From assembly GCA_963793865.1 (NCBI GenBank), contig CAWCBP010000008.1, forward strand, positions 128,001 through 192,000: a stretch of 64,000 nt of DNA, in the 5' to 3' direction. Below, piece by piece: positions 1 through 10,222 of this stretch; within the stretch, counting starts at the first letter, position 1, and each line of letters starts with the position of its first letter. The position numbers and the translations under genes are program-made. The stretch comes from an uncultured delta proteobacterium (GTDB lineage Bacteria > Desulfobacterota > WTBG01). The notes beneath the pieces were generated by a model. That model was given only the letters and a program-made list of their open reading frames with translations, did no database searches and was not told the origin of the DNA.

Positions 1-243
1 AGGACCATCGTGATCGGCGGACTCATCAGGGAAAAAACCGACAAGACGAAGGAAGGGCTTCCCATTTTGTCAAAGATTCCGTATCTGGGCATGCTGTTCG
101 GTTATCAAAAGGACACGAAGAACAAGGTTGAACTCCTTATTCTGATTACCCCGCATGTGATTAAGAGTTTTGAGCAGGCGGAGCTGGTGACCAGGGAGTT
201 TACCGAGAAGGTTAAGAGTCTGGAAAAACTCCTCAAGCAGTAG
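1..243 (+). CDS. gspD: Secretin C-terminus (type II secretion protein D / PilQ family), 5'-truncated by the window
   Basis: TIVIGGLI...GLPILSKIPYLGMLFG...ELLILITPHVI is the secretin C-terminal signature; GspD rather than PilQ is inferred from the nearby GspC-like gene. Confidence 0.85.
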   Translation, partial: RTIVIGGLIREKTDKTKEGLPILSKIPYLGMLFGYQKDTKNKVELLILITPHVIKSFEQAELVTREFTEKVKSLEKLLKQ

Positions 244-567
244 CGCCTGCAGCGGATGCGTGCAGCGCTGGCCCGGTTTTATCGGTTGCCATAAAGCATT
301 TAAATGTTTTGTTAAATAATGCTAAAGAATTCCGGCGCCGGTGCCGATAGATTCGTAGATTCATCATTTATATCATTTGATAGGATGAAACTTATTCTGA
401 TCATGGGTATGTCATTTTAATCTCTTTCTGCTCAGGCACGTTGCGTGTCATGGGGATACCTGTGATTCACGTGTAAGTTTTTTTATGGGTCAATGCATTT
501 TGTCGGTTATAAAAAATAAAATCATTGCACTCCATCGCCTGTTAATTTGGAAATTTATAAAAAAAAC

Positions 568-596
568 TTGACATGTCTGCTCCAACTCTGTATAAA
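568..596 (+). promoter_or_regulatory. Near-consensus sigma70 promoter of the large secreted protein
   Basis: TTGACA-17 bp-TATAAA preceded by an A/T-rich UP-like tract. Confidence 0.8.
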
Positions 597-762
597 AATT
601 AATAATTAGTAATAAATAGGTAATGTTTAGCTTTTGCAAATACTATTACCCCTAAAATAAATTTTAAAAGGAGGTGATGAAGAAATTAGAATATAACGAG
701 GGTTGTTACTTATTGATTTTATTGCTACCCAATAGTTTAATTATGTTGAAAGGAGAGGAAAG

Positions 763-3700
763 ATGAAAAGTAGATTCAAGGTGATAGGTTTGATGTCAGC
801 AGTGCTGCTTATATTCGCTATGGGCAGTGTGGCATCGGCTGACAACGCAGCTTCAATCAATATTGCCGTTTCATATCCCTGTGAATCGGCCCAGAACCCC
901 TGTGACACCGGGGTGGCGGTATCCCGTTCTGAAGGTGGGGATGTTGTGAATGTTTACATCACCCTGGTCGATGCCGCCGGCAACCCGGCAACAGCCGGTC
1001 CCAATGCTGAGCCGCTTGCAGGGCTTACCGCACGGCTGACCAGCCAGCTGGCCGTGACCGATTCGATTGTAGCAAACAGATTTCTGCTGGATAATGCCAA
1101 TGTAGATTTCGCCGGCAAGGCATCTGCCAGGGCCAATATTGACTATACCGGTGCCATGGCCGGTGTAGATCCCCTCAACGCGGACATTACGGGTGCTATC
1201 CCTCTTACGGCAACGGCCAATGTGAATGTCGTCGCCCCGCCTGCAGTAAGCTTAACAACCAGGACCTGTGCGTCAATAGATCTTGATCTTTATGATCCCA
1301 TAGGTGCAGACTGTGCCAATGGCGGGCAAACGGCTGTGGCCGGTGCTTCCATAGCAGTGCAGGTGATCGCTGATGAGGGTAACGGCCTTTTCACTACGGC
1401 CCCCAATCTTGAAGGAAAGCAGATCGTAGTAAAAGCATACGCGGATTACGATGGTAACGAAGCGGCGACTCCTGATACGCCTGAGGAAACACCTGTTGCA
1501 AGCGGGACCTTTACCATGAGCAACGGTATTGCCCAGGGGAATCTGGTTATCAATAGCGCCGGTCCTGCCGGGCTCGACGTGGTTTTTATTGCTGATGCTA
1601 CAGACATCGACGAAGCGGGTACTGACATTGGTACGCTTGACCTGGATTTGGTGAATATGCTTCCCGGTGATCCGGCTGCCATCGTGGTGGTTGGTCAAGA
1701 TGATTACAATGGGAATCTCATCGTTCCGGCTGCGAACAACTGCGTGACGGTCCTCGATGATGCCTGTGCAGACACCCACGGTTATTCAGGTGGCCGTTGT
1801 TGATGCCCTTGGAAACGCGGTAAATGCAACGAAGCAACTGTGACCGGTACGCTTGACGGTATCCTGGCCGAGCAGTTGAGCGGCTGCGACACAATAGATA
1901 TAGCAGCGGCACGTATTCAGGCACCTGCCAGCTTGCGTGATAATAATGCAGATGGTGCCGGCTCAATTGTCATCGGTCCGCTGCCATTTACAGCAACCGG
2001 CCTGACCGGAACTTCGGTTTCCGTGTACCTCCTGCCGGCAAGTGGCTGTGAGACTTGATATGCAGGTGGGTGTTGCAACTGAACCCCCTGTTGCTGCGGG
2101 CGACACGGTGACGCTGACCATCGATTCCATCGGTGACATTTGCTGTTGTTACCGAAGGTGATGACCTGGTCATCTCCGCCGGCGGTTTGCTGCTGAGCTC
2201 AGACGGGTTTGCTTCAGCTACCAGCACCTTGCAAATCAACAACGTTCTTGATGCTGATGCGGAACAGCCGGCATCCAGGTTCCTATACAGATTTATGGCG
2301 CAAGTGCAACTCCTGTTTGCATAACCGTGCAGGACCTGGATAAGTGCAGTGCGGAAGACTACGAGAGACAGCATGTATCGCGAGCATTACGGCGGGTGCC
2401 GCAACCAATCTGGCGGTCGTCGGTGTGGCTGCCGGTGCGGAAACCGATAGCGTTCTGGATGAGACAGGAAGCTATGTGGGAACATCACCCATCGTGATCG
2501 ATTCTTACATCCAGACCAACTCACAAGACAGCTCGCGACCGCCTATCTGGACCACAATCCTGGATGGGGCGGAATGTTGTGATCTGCAGGTATGGGATGC
2601 TTTCACCAACGTGGTCGATGATACGCCTGAGGATATTGTCTGCAGCACCGATTCACCCTATACGACCATCGAGTTGACGGTTGCGATGTGAGAGTTTCCG
2701 TTGCCTGGGGTGGTGCCGGCACAACTGCTATCGTAACCTGCGGTGTGGATATAGACGAAGATCCCGAACTTGATCTGACCAGGACCTTCCAGCTTACCAG
2801 CATCGTAAACGCGATACCTGACGATCCGGAAGAACCCAGCACTGCGGCAACCGCGCTGGCAGTGATAAAAGAAGGTCCGCAGGCTCAGGATGGAACTCAG
2901 ATTAATCCTCTCCCCGGCGGCGAGGCCATTATCAAAATTATCCCCAATGGCGTGCTCGGCGCTTCGGCGAATGTCCAGATTGCCTTTGGTGCCGGGTCAG
3001 TCGCCGGTGCGGAGCTGAGGAATCTGGATGGAACAGTGGTTATCCTTCCGGTAACCATTACCCTGACTCAGGCAATCCCAACCAAGCGGTATGTTGTGTA
3101 CGCCCCTGCGGCTGGTCAGGTAGTGGTTAATGTTACCGAGGTAAGTGCAACAGGCTTGGCTGCCGGTACCGGTACGGTAGTATTCGGCGCGGCATGTGAA
3201 GTGGCTATTACACCCGCCAGCCCGACCGTGGGCCAGGGCGGAACACTGCAGCTGGCAGCAGCGACAACCTGTGAAGGCGCCCCGACCGCGGGAACTTACA
3301 CCTGGGCAGTTATGGAATCAGCCTGCACCAGCTCAGGCACGATTAATGAGACCGGGCTGTATTCAGCTCCCGCAGTAGGCGGATGCACCGAGACAGTGCG
3401 GGTGACCGATACTGCCAACGGCAACGTGACTGCTGATGTTATTATCAACGTGAGCGTGTGCACGGCTGAGGTTCAGATAAGCGGCAATACCAGCTTAACC
3501 GTTGGTGCGAGCCAGACTTACACGGCAGCAACAACCTGCGGCAGTGCTCCGCTGACAGGAACCTATAGTTGGGAACTGAATGGCGCGGCGGTAGGTACGG
3601 GTAATTCCTATACCTTCAATGCCACGGCAGCCGGCACCAATACCCTGGAAGTAACCGATACCACCAATAATGTGACAGATACGGTCACCATAACGGTGGT

Positions 3701-4049
3701 GAGCGGTTGTGGCATCGATGTGGTGCAGGATCGTGTGGTACGCTCCCGCTGGGTACCGCTGCCCGCCTTGATTACCATCGTGGGTGACGATACCGACATC
3801 CAGCTGCTTGGTACCCGGGTTAACTATGAGTCGGCAGAATCAGCACTCTCAGTTATAAAAACACCAGTCAAACTGACATTTCCTGGTGTCCAGACCATAC
3901 AGCAGTTGGTGATCATCATGCCTTCTCTTCTTACCGGTGTGACGGAGACCGAAACAATTACCGTTACGCTTACCGACGGTGGCTGCGAGACGGCATCTGA
4001 CACCTTTGACATCGAGCTGCTCCCGTTTTTCCTGGACCAGCAAAAGTAA
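763..4049 (+). CDS. Large secreted Ig-like repeat protein (S-layer-like), ~1,090 aa, split by several frameshifts between ~1770 and ~2690
   Basis: Sec signal peptide (..VASA/D); acidic, Ala/Thr/Gly/Val-rich; recurring DAxGN-like motifs (LVDAAGN, VVDALGN, VWDAFTN); repeated TYTW/TYSW..VTDT Ig modules; fragments 763-1803, 1840-2058, 2133-2324, 2344-2691 and 2688-4049 share composition; AAGGAG RBS. Confidence 0.7.
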
Positions 4050-4073
4050 GAAGCAGTTGATTAAAGATTAACC

Positions 4074-4117
4074 GGAGAGCCCGGCGGCTTAAAGCACCGT
4101 CGGGCTCTCTTCTTTTC
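4074..4117 (+). terminator. Intrinsic terminator
   Basis: GAGAGCCCGGCGG / CCGTCGGGCTCTC stem followed by TTCTTTT. Confidence 0.8.
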
Positions 4118-4163
4118 TATATGCTGTGGATCTAATAATTCATAGAATAAGATGGCTTGCTCC

Positions 4164-4358
4164 GTAGGGGCGACCGGCCGGTCGCCCCTGCATCTGGATA
4201 AGAAGCACACAGGGAGGGATGTGCTCCGTCGCGTCCGAATAGTGTATGCGGCCATGACAGAGCATGGCCCGATATCATTCAACAGTCATCCTGCGACTTG
4301 ATCGCAGGATCCAATGAAGTTATAGATACTGGATTCTGAGGTCGAGCCGCAGAATGAC
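4164..4358. repeat. Stack of three REP-like palindrome families
   Basis: GTAGGGGCGACCGGCCGGTCGCCCCTGC (4164-4191); GGAGGGATGTGCTCCGTCGCGTCCG..CGGCCATGACAGAGCATGGCCC (4212-4270); GTCATCCTGCG..AGAATGAC (4285-4358). Confidence 0.8.
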
Positions 4359-4384
4359 GCGTCTATAAAGTAATGGTGCAGAAA

Positions 4385-4423
4385 TAAAAAAGGCGTCCAT
4401 GGTGCAGTGCTCTTCATGGACGC
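4385..4423 (-). terminator. Intrinsic terminator for the GspC-like gene
   Basis: GGCGTCCATG/CATGGACGCC stem with a T-run on the minus strand. Confidence 0.7.
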
Positions 4424-4452
4424 CGCTCATTTATACCTGTGATATGTCAACT

Positions 4453-5262
4453 CTACTCCGGTGCCCCGGGTACCGCCCCTCCCATTTCTTCCATAAACCG
4501 GTCTCTGAACTTTTCAACCCGTTCCTTTATGGCGTACTGATCCATGTTGCCGCCGCCGTCCTTCAGATCATCCATAATTTCCTTGTTAAAATCCAATAAT
4601 TTTTTCATGTTATCCTGGGACATGAACGGTGAATTGGCCAGGGCTTCGGGAATCTGCCCTGCCGCAAGCTGGTCTTCCATCTCCTCTTTTATTTTTTTCT
4701 GCTCCTGCTGCTCCTGCACCCTTTGCTTTAAGGGCTTGGCAGGCTGTCCAGCCGCGGGCTGGGGAGCCTGCGGCGCTGGTGGTCTTGTTTCTTCGATGGG
4801 TGTAAAATCCCCCTTGGCTTTCTCCTTGCCTTCGTGCAGATTGAGCGTAACCTTTTCGCCGTAGTAGTCAAGCACGACTTTTTTTTCTTCTATCGCGGAG
4901 ATGACATACCCGCCGATGTAATCCCCCAGCGAATATATTTCATTTTTTTTACCGGGAGCAGCTTCTGCCGGGTTCTGCTTTCCTGCCGCCTTGCCCGCGT
5001 CCTTGTCACGAATAATGGCGCTCTTTTTATTTCCGACAATTACAGTGCCGAAGAGGGAGAGCTTGCTGGTGTCAATCTTCTTGTCCACCATTTTCCCGCC
5101 CGAGCCTTCCTGAATCCACTCAGTCCTGTCCGGCCTGAAAAGATTTTTTTTCGAGATGACGGCATAAGGATCTGCTGCTCCCCACGACTGCGATGACATC
5201 AGGAATATGGAGACAAGCAATGCCGATGCGTAAGGCGCCACTGTCCTGTTCATAGTGTTCAT
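4453..5262 (-). CDS. GspC/PilP-like type II secretion accessory protein (HR domain, Pro-rich linker, helical tail)
   Basis: N-terminal hydrophobic segment; NLFRP motif; LSLFGTVIVGNKKSAII..YSLGDYIGGYVISAIEEKKVVL matches the GspC homology region; promoter TTGATT-17-TAGAAT at 5319-5291. Confidence 0.7.
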   Translation of the reverse strand: MNTMNRTVAPYASALLVSIFLMSSQSWGAADPYAVISKKNLFRPDRTEWIQEGSGGKMVDKKIDTSKLSLFGTVIVGNKKSAIIRDKDAGKAAGKQNPAEAAPGKKNEIYSLGDYIGGYVISAIEEKKVVLDYYGEKVTLNLHEGKEKAKGDFTPIEETRPPAPQAPQPAAGQPAKPLKQRVQEQQEQKKIKEEMEDQLAAGQIPEALANSPFMSQDNMKKLLDFNKEIMDDLKDGGGNMDQYAIKERVEKFRDRFMEEMGGAVPGAPE

Positions 5263-5414
5263 ACCTTGTTGTTTATTTAAGATAGGTCAAATTCTAGCAT
5301 GAATAAAGAGAAAAATCAAATGGCATTCAGTGCTTCCTTCACCCGTGCAGGGTTTTATCTATAAACGTTTGGAGCACTATTTGGTTTGCAATCGCCTCTC
5401 TTCGGTCGCCGGGG

Positions 5415-6845
5415 TCATCCGGGGAAGCACTGTACGTAAACATCGTATCCCTCAACATCCCCGGTTTCAGTGGTAACGGTAATATCAATGAAGCCCTCCG
5501 GAGGATTGCGCTTCAGCATGACGAGCTGCAGTAACAGCCTGGGAAGTGTAATGATCGGGCGCCCGATGGGAACAAGATGTTCTTCCCCAGACGATACCCG
5601 GGTGGAAAATGGCAGAAAACGAGTGTCGTAACCAAAAAGCGCCACCAGGTAAATCATGGGCATGGTTCTGCTGCCTAACAGCTTCGAGGGAAATGCAGCG
5701 AAGATGAGCGGGTCGAGTGTTGATAGTGCGTTGACTTTGCCATAGCCGAACATCTCATCCAGACCCGGTTCTCCCAGATCATCAGCCCTGCCGGTGAGAT
5801 ATGCCGCCACCTGGTTATTGGTTAAATGAGGCTGTTCGGAAAGGAGAAGGGCGGCGACACCGGAAACCATGGCAGCGGAGAGAGAAGTCCCTTTGTTGAA
5901 CGTGTAACCACCGCCTGAAGCGGTGGTCAGGATGAAATCATCAATAGTGCTTCCGCTTCCCCGTGCCACCAGGTCAAGCTCGGGACCGTAAGCGGAATAG
6001 ACGTTCTGGTCATACTGGTCTATGGCGGAGACTGCCAGCACCCTTTCCAGTCGTGCCGGGAACCAGACAGGGCCATATCTGTTTCCTGCTGCCGCCACCA
6101 CGGTAACTTCTTTATCTGCCGCATAGGCGATGGCTTCAGCTACCGCCGTATGGTCCTCTTCATCATTCCATCCCAGGCTTAAATTGATGATGGCAGCCCC
6201 GTTATCAGCCGCGTAAATAATTGCTGCTGCAACGGTTTCATCAGTAAAGTTATCGGTACTCCCCTGGCTTATCTTTACAGGGAGTATTTTACATTCAGGA
6301 GAGACACCGCTGATCCCCAGGCTGTTGTTCTGGACGGCAGCCATGATGCCGCATACCTGTGTGCCATGGCCCAGTTCATCGCCCGGGTCATCGTCATCAT
6401 CTCCGAAATCCCACCCGCCGGGCAGGATATTATCAGCAAGGTCTTCGTGGTCACGGTCAACCCCGGAATCGACTAGCCCGATGATGACACCGGCGCCTAA
6501 TGACTTATCCCAAGCCTCCGGCGCCTTGATTGCGGGAAGGTATAGCTGTTCGCTAAACCTGGGATCATTGGGCTCCGCCAGGAATTCTCCATAATAGTTG
6601 GGCGCAACGGCAACAACATCCGATTCACTTTTAATGCCTGCCATTGCCTGAGTCATGCTTCTGCGTGAATCAATTTTTATTTTAGCCCAGCCTATTTTGG
6701 CCAGCGGACCCTGGAAATGATGAGGATACCTTCCGGCCCGGTATTTAACCAGCAGCTCCCCGGGAACGGGGGAGGCAGCGGGAAAAACAACAGTTGCGGA
6801 AAACAGAAAGATAAGGGTGGTAATAACGGGTATAACTTTTTTCAT
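5415..6845 (-). CDS. Secreted subtilisin-like S8 serine peptidase with an extra C-terminal domain
   Basis: Signal peptide and propeptide; catalytic LVDSG, HGTQVCG and GTSLSA; oxyanion AAAGN; FGYGKVNA at the end of the catalytic domain. Confidence 0.9.
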   Translation of the reverse strand: MKKVIPVITTLIFLFSATVVFPAASPVPGELLVKYRAGRYPHHFQGPLAKIGWAKIKIDSRRSMTQAMAGIKSESDVVAVAPNYYGEFLAEPNDPRFSEQLYLPAIKAPEAWDKSLGAGVIIGLVDSGVDRDHEDLADNILPGGWDFGDDDDDPGDELGHGTQVCGIMAAVQNNSLGISGVSPECKILPVKISQGSTDNFTDETVAAAIIYAADNGAAIINLSLGWNDEEDHTAVAEAIAYAADKEVTVVAAAGNRYGPVWFPARLERVLAVSAIDQYDQNVYSAYGPELDLVARGSGSTIDDFILTTASGGGYTFNKGTSLSAAMVSGVAALLLSEQPHLTNNQVAAYLTGRADDLGEPGLDEMFGYGKVNALSTLDPLIFAAFPSKLLGSRTMPMIYLVALFGYDTRFLPFSTRVSSGEEHLVPIGRPIITLPRLLLQLVMLKRNPPEGFIDITVTTETGDVEGYDVYVQCFPG

Positions 6846-6948
6846 GCAAGCAGCTCCGGATCACGCTCAAGGCTGTGATTTTTGGACACTATAATGAACA
6901 CAATAACATATTTCAAGGTAATAGTCCTTCATGAGAAGTAAAATAAAC

Positions 6949-7130
6949 GGGTCATTGCGAGGCCATAGGCGACGAAGCAATCTACTTCACGGGAAAGTAG
7001 GGCATTATAAAACATGAGATTGCTTCGCTCACGCTCGCAATGACCCTTCTCTTCTCAAGTTTATAAATTAAAACCCCCGCTTACCACGGTGGCTGTCATT
7101 CCGAAGGAAGCGTAAGCGACTGAGGAATCT
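6949..7130. repeat. GTCATT..AATGAC palindromic repeat elements
   Basis: GGGTCATTGCGAG..CGAAGCAATCT / AGATTGCTTCG..CTCGCAATGACCC (6949-7046) plus a half element at 7095-7130; related copies at 37669 and 39999-40123. Confidence 0.75.
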
Positions 7131-7236
7131 TATCCTCTGCAATGAAACCCCAACTCCAGCTGTTTAAATCAATTGTCAAAGCCGGTGCTTTGTGCTAAAG
7201 GTTGAATGCTTTTTAAGGCTATTGTAAGGAAGGGTC

Positions 7237-10216
7237 ATGGCGCACAGAATTGAAGTCGGATTCAAATCCGCGGTCAGGGATGCCTGGGGTGAAAAGATAA
7301 AGCGGCGGATGTGGGAGGACCTGCACTGCCGGGTGAATGCCGTGTCAGGCATCGAAGTGTACACCCTGGACATGGATGTAACGGCGGAAGAGCTGAGGCA
7401 CATTGCCGAAGGTCCGCTCGTGGATCCCGTTATTCAGCACTATGCCATCGATAAACCGCTGGCACGCGATTTTGACTGGATTGTCGAGGTCGGCTTCAGG
7501 CCGGGGGTGACCGATAATGTGGGAAGAACCGCGCGCGAGGCGGTGGAGCTGGTGCTGGGCAGGGCGCTGCGCGCGGATGAAAAGGTGTATACCTCAAAGC
7601 AGTGCCTGATCAAAGGTGACCTTCCCCTTGAAAAAGTTGAAACCATAGCCACCGGCCTTCTGGCCAACGAGCTGGTGCAGCGCTTCAGCATCGCGCACAG
7701 AAACGATTGGGATCCGGCAAAAGGCATGCCGGTTGTTGTTCCCCGGGTTAAAGGGGGCAGCGAGCGGGGAGTGGTGGATGAGATCGACCTCACGGTTGAT
7801 GATGAGGGGTTGATGAAGATAAGCCAGGAGCGGGTTTTGGCGTTAAGCTTATCCGAGATGAAGGCAATCCAGGCCTATGCAGGGAATAAAGAGGTTATCG
7901 CAAGGCGAAGGGCGGCGGGACTGGGAGAACACCTGACGGATGTGGAGCTGGAAGCCCTGGCCCAGACCTGGTCGGAACACTGCAAGCACAAGATCTTCAA
8001 CGGCATCATTCATTACCGCGACGAGCGAGGCGGGAAGACGACCATTAAGAGCCTCTTTAACACATATATCAGGGCCGCCACCGACAGGGTCCGGGAATCG
8101 CTCGATGAAGACTGGCTGCTTTCGGTGTTTGAGGACAATGCCGGCGTCATCGCCTTTAACCGATGATTATAACCTGGTCTACAAGGTTGAAACCCACAAT
8201 ACCCCGTCCGCGCTCGATCCTTACGGGGGCGCGCTCACCGGGATTGTGGGTGTGAACCGCGACCCCTTCGGCACGGGAAAAGGGGCGAAGCTCATATTCA
8301 ACACCGATGTCTTCTGCTTTGCCACGCCGTTCTACAGCGAGCCGCTCCCGCCCCGCCTGCTCCATCCCCGCCGCATTTATGAAGGCGTGCGCGAGGGCGT
8401 TGAGCACGGCGGGAACAAGAGCGGGATCCCCACGGTGAACGGCTCCCTGGTTTTTGATGACCGCTATCTGGGCAAGCCGCTCGTCTACTGCGGAACCGGC
8501 GGCATAATGCCCCGCGAGGTGCTGGGTGAGCCCTCGCAGGTGAAACGGGTGTTTCCCGGGGACCTGATCGTGATGACCGGAGGCCGTATCGGCAAGGACG
8601 GCATCCATGGCGCCACCTTTTCGTCGGAGGAACTCCACGAGGGATCGCCGGTTACCGCGGTGCAGATCGGGGACCCCATCACCCAGAAGCGGATGACCGA
8701 TTTTCTGCTGCGGGCGCGTGACCTCGGCCTCTACAATTGCATCACCGATAACGGCGCCGGCGGCCTTTCTTCGTCCGTGGGAGAGATGGCCCAGCAGGCC
8801 GGCGGATGTGAGCTGCACCTGGAGAAGGCGCCGCTTAAATACACGGGGCTCAGTCCCTGGGAGATCCTGCTCTCCGAGGCGCAGGAGCGGATGACCGTCG
8901 CGGTCAGCCCGGAGAAGGTTGACCGGCTTTTCGCCATGGCCGAAAAAATGGGGGTCGAGGCCACGGTCCTGGGGAAATTTACCGACAGCGGCGCGTTTCA
9001 TATCCTGTACGATAATAAAACCGTTGCCTATCTTGACATGGATTTTCTGCACAAGGGTGTTCCGCCCCTGATCATGGAAGCGCAATGGGAGGCGAGGCGC
9101 CATGATGAACCGGGCTTCGAACCGCCGCGGGACCTGACGCCCTCTCTGAAGCAGATGCTGGGGCGGCTCAACATTTGCAGCAAGGAGTCGGTGGTGCGGC
9201 AGTATGATCATGAGGTGCAGGGTGGCAGCGTGGTAAAGCCCCTGGTCGGCGTCAACAATGACGGGCCCGGCGACGCGGCGGTGGTCAGGCCGGTTCTGGA
9301 ATGCTGCGAGGGGGTGGTGGTAAGCCATGGCATCTGCCCCCGCTACGGTGATATCGATACCTATCACATGGCGGCCTGCGCCATCGATGAAGCCCTCAGG
9401 AATTACGTTGCCGTGGGCGGCAACCTGAACCGGGTGGCCGGCCTTGACAATTTCTGCTGGTGCGATCCCATAAAGGCCGAGAAGAATCCCGACGGGGACT
9501 ACAAGCTGGCGCAGCTGGTGAGGGCCTGCATGGCGCTGTATGACTATACCACCGCTTTCGGTGTTCCCTGCATTTCCGGCAAGGACAGCATGAAGAACGA
9601 TTACCGGGTCGGGGAGATAAAAATTTCCATTCCCCCGACGCTCCTCTTTTCCATCGTGGGGAAAATAGATGACGTGAGAAAGGCCGTAACCATGGATGTG
9701 AAGCGGGCGGGCGATGCGGTGTACGTGCTGGGCGAGACCTGTGATGAGCTGGGGGGGTCGGAATACTATGCCATGCACGGCCGGGTAGGAAACCGGGTGC
9801 CGCAGGTTGACGCGCCGCGGGCAAAGTCCCTGTACCGGGCTCTCTCCCGGGCAATTGAATCGGGGCTGGTGGCAAGCTGCCACGACTGCTCTGACGGCGG
9901 GCTGGGCGTTGCCCTTGCCGAATCAAGTTTTGCGGGCGGTCTGGGCATGGAGATTGACCTGCGCAGGGTGCCGGCGCGCGATATCGCCCGCGATGACAGC
10001 CTTTTTTATTCCGAATCGGCGAGCCGCTTCATTGTCACCGTTCGGCCGGATGACAGGGCCGCGTTCGAGGAGATCATGAGGGGCAACGTCACCGGGGCGA
10101 TCGGAACCGTCGCGCCGGATACCACCTTCAGGGTTGTCGGTTTGTCGGGTGAGATCGTGGTCGATGCGGACATTAATGAACTCAAAGCAGCGTGGCAAAA
10201 GACGCTTGCCTTTTAA
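7237..10216 (+). CDS. purL: Phosphoribosylformylglycinamidine synthase PurL with PurS-like N-terminus; one +1 frameshift at ~8160
   Basis: QTWSEHCKHKIF, KVETHNTPSALDPYGGA and DGIHGATFSS motifs; removing one C in AACCGATGAT joins the two ORFs. Confidence 0.93.
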
Positions 10217-10222
10217 AACCAT

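Noticed and set aside
7131..7236. Purine or ZTP riboswitch upstream of purL
   Set aside because: Only a plausible promoter (TTGTCA-17-TAAAGG) lies close to the start, leaving no room for an aptamer and no matching motif
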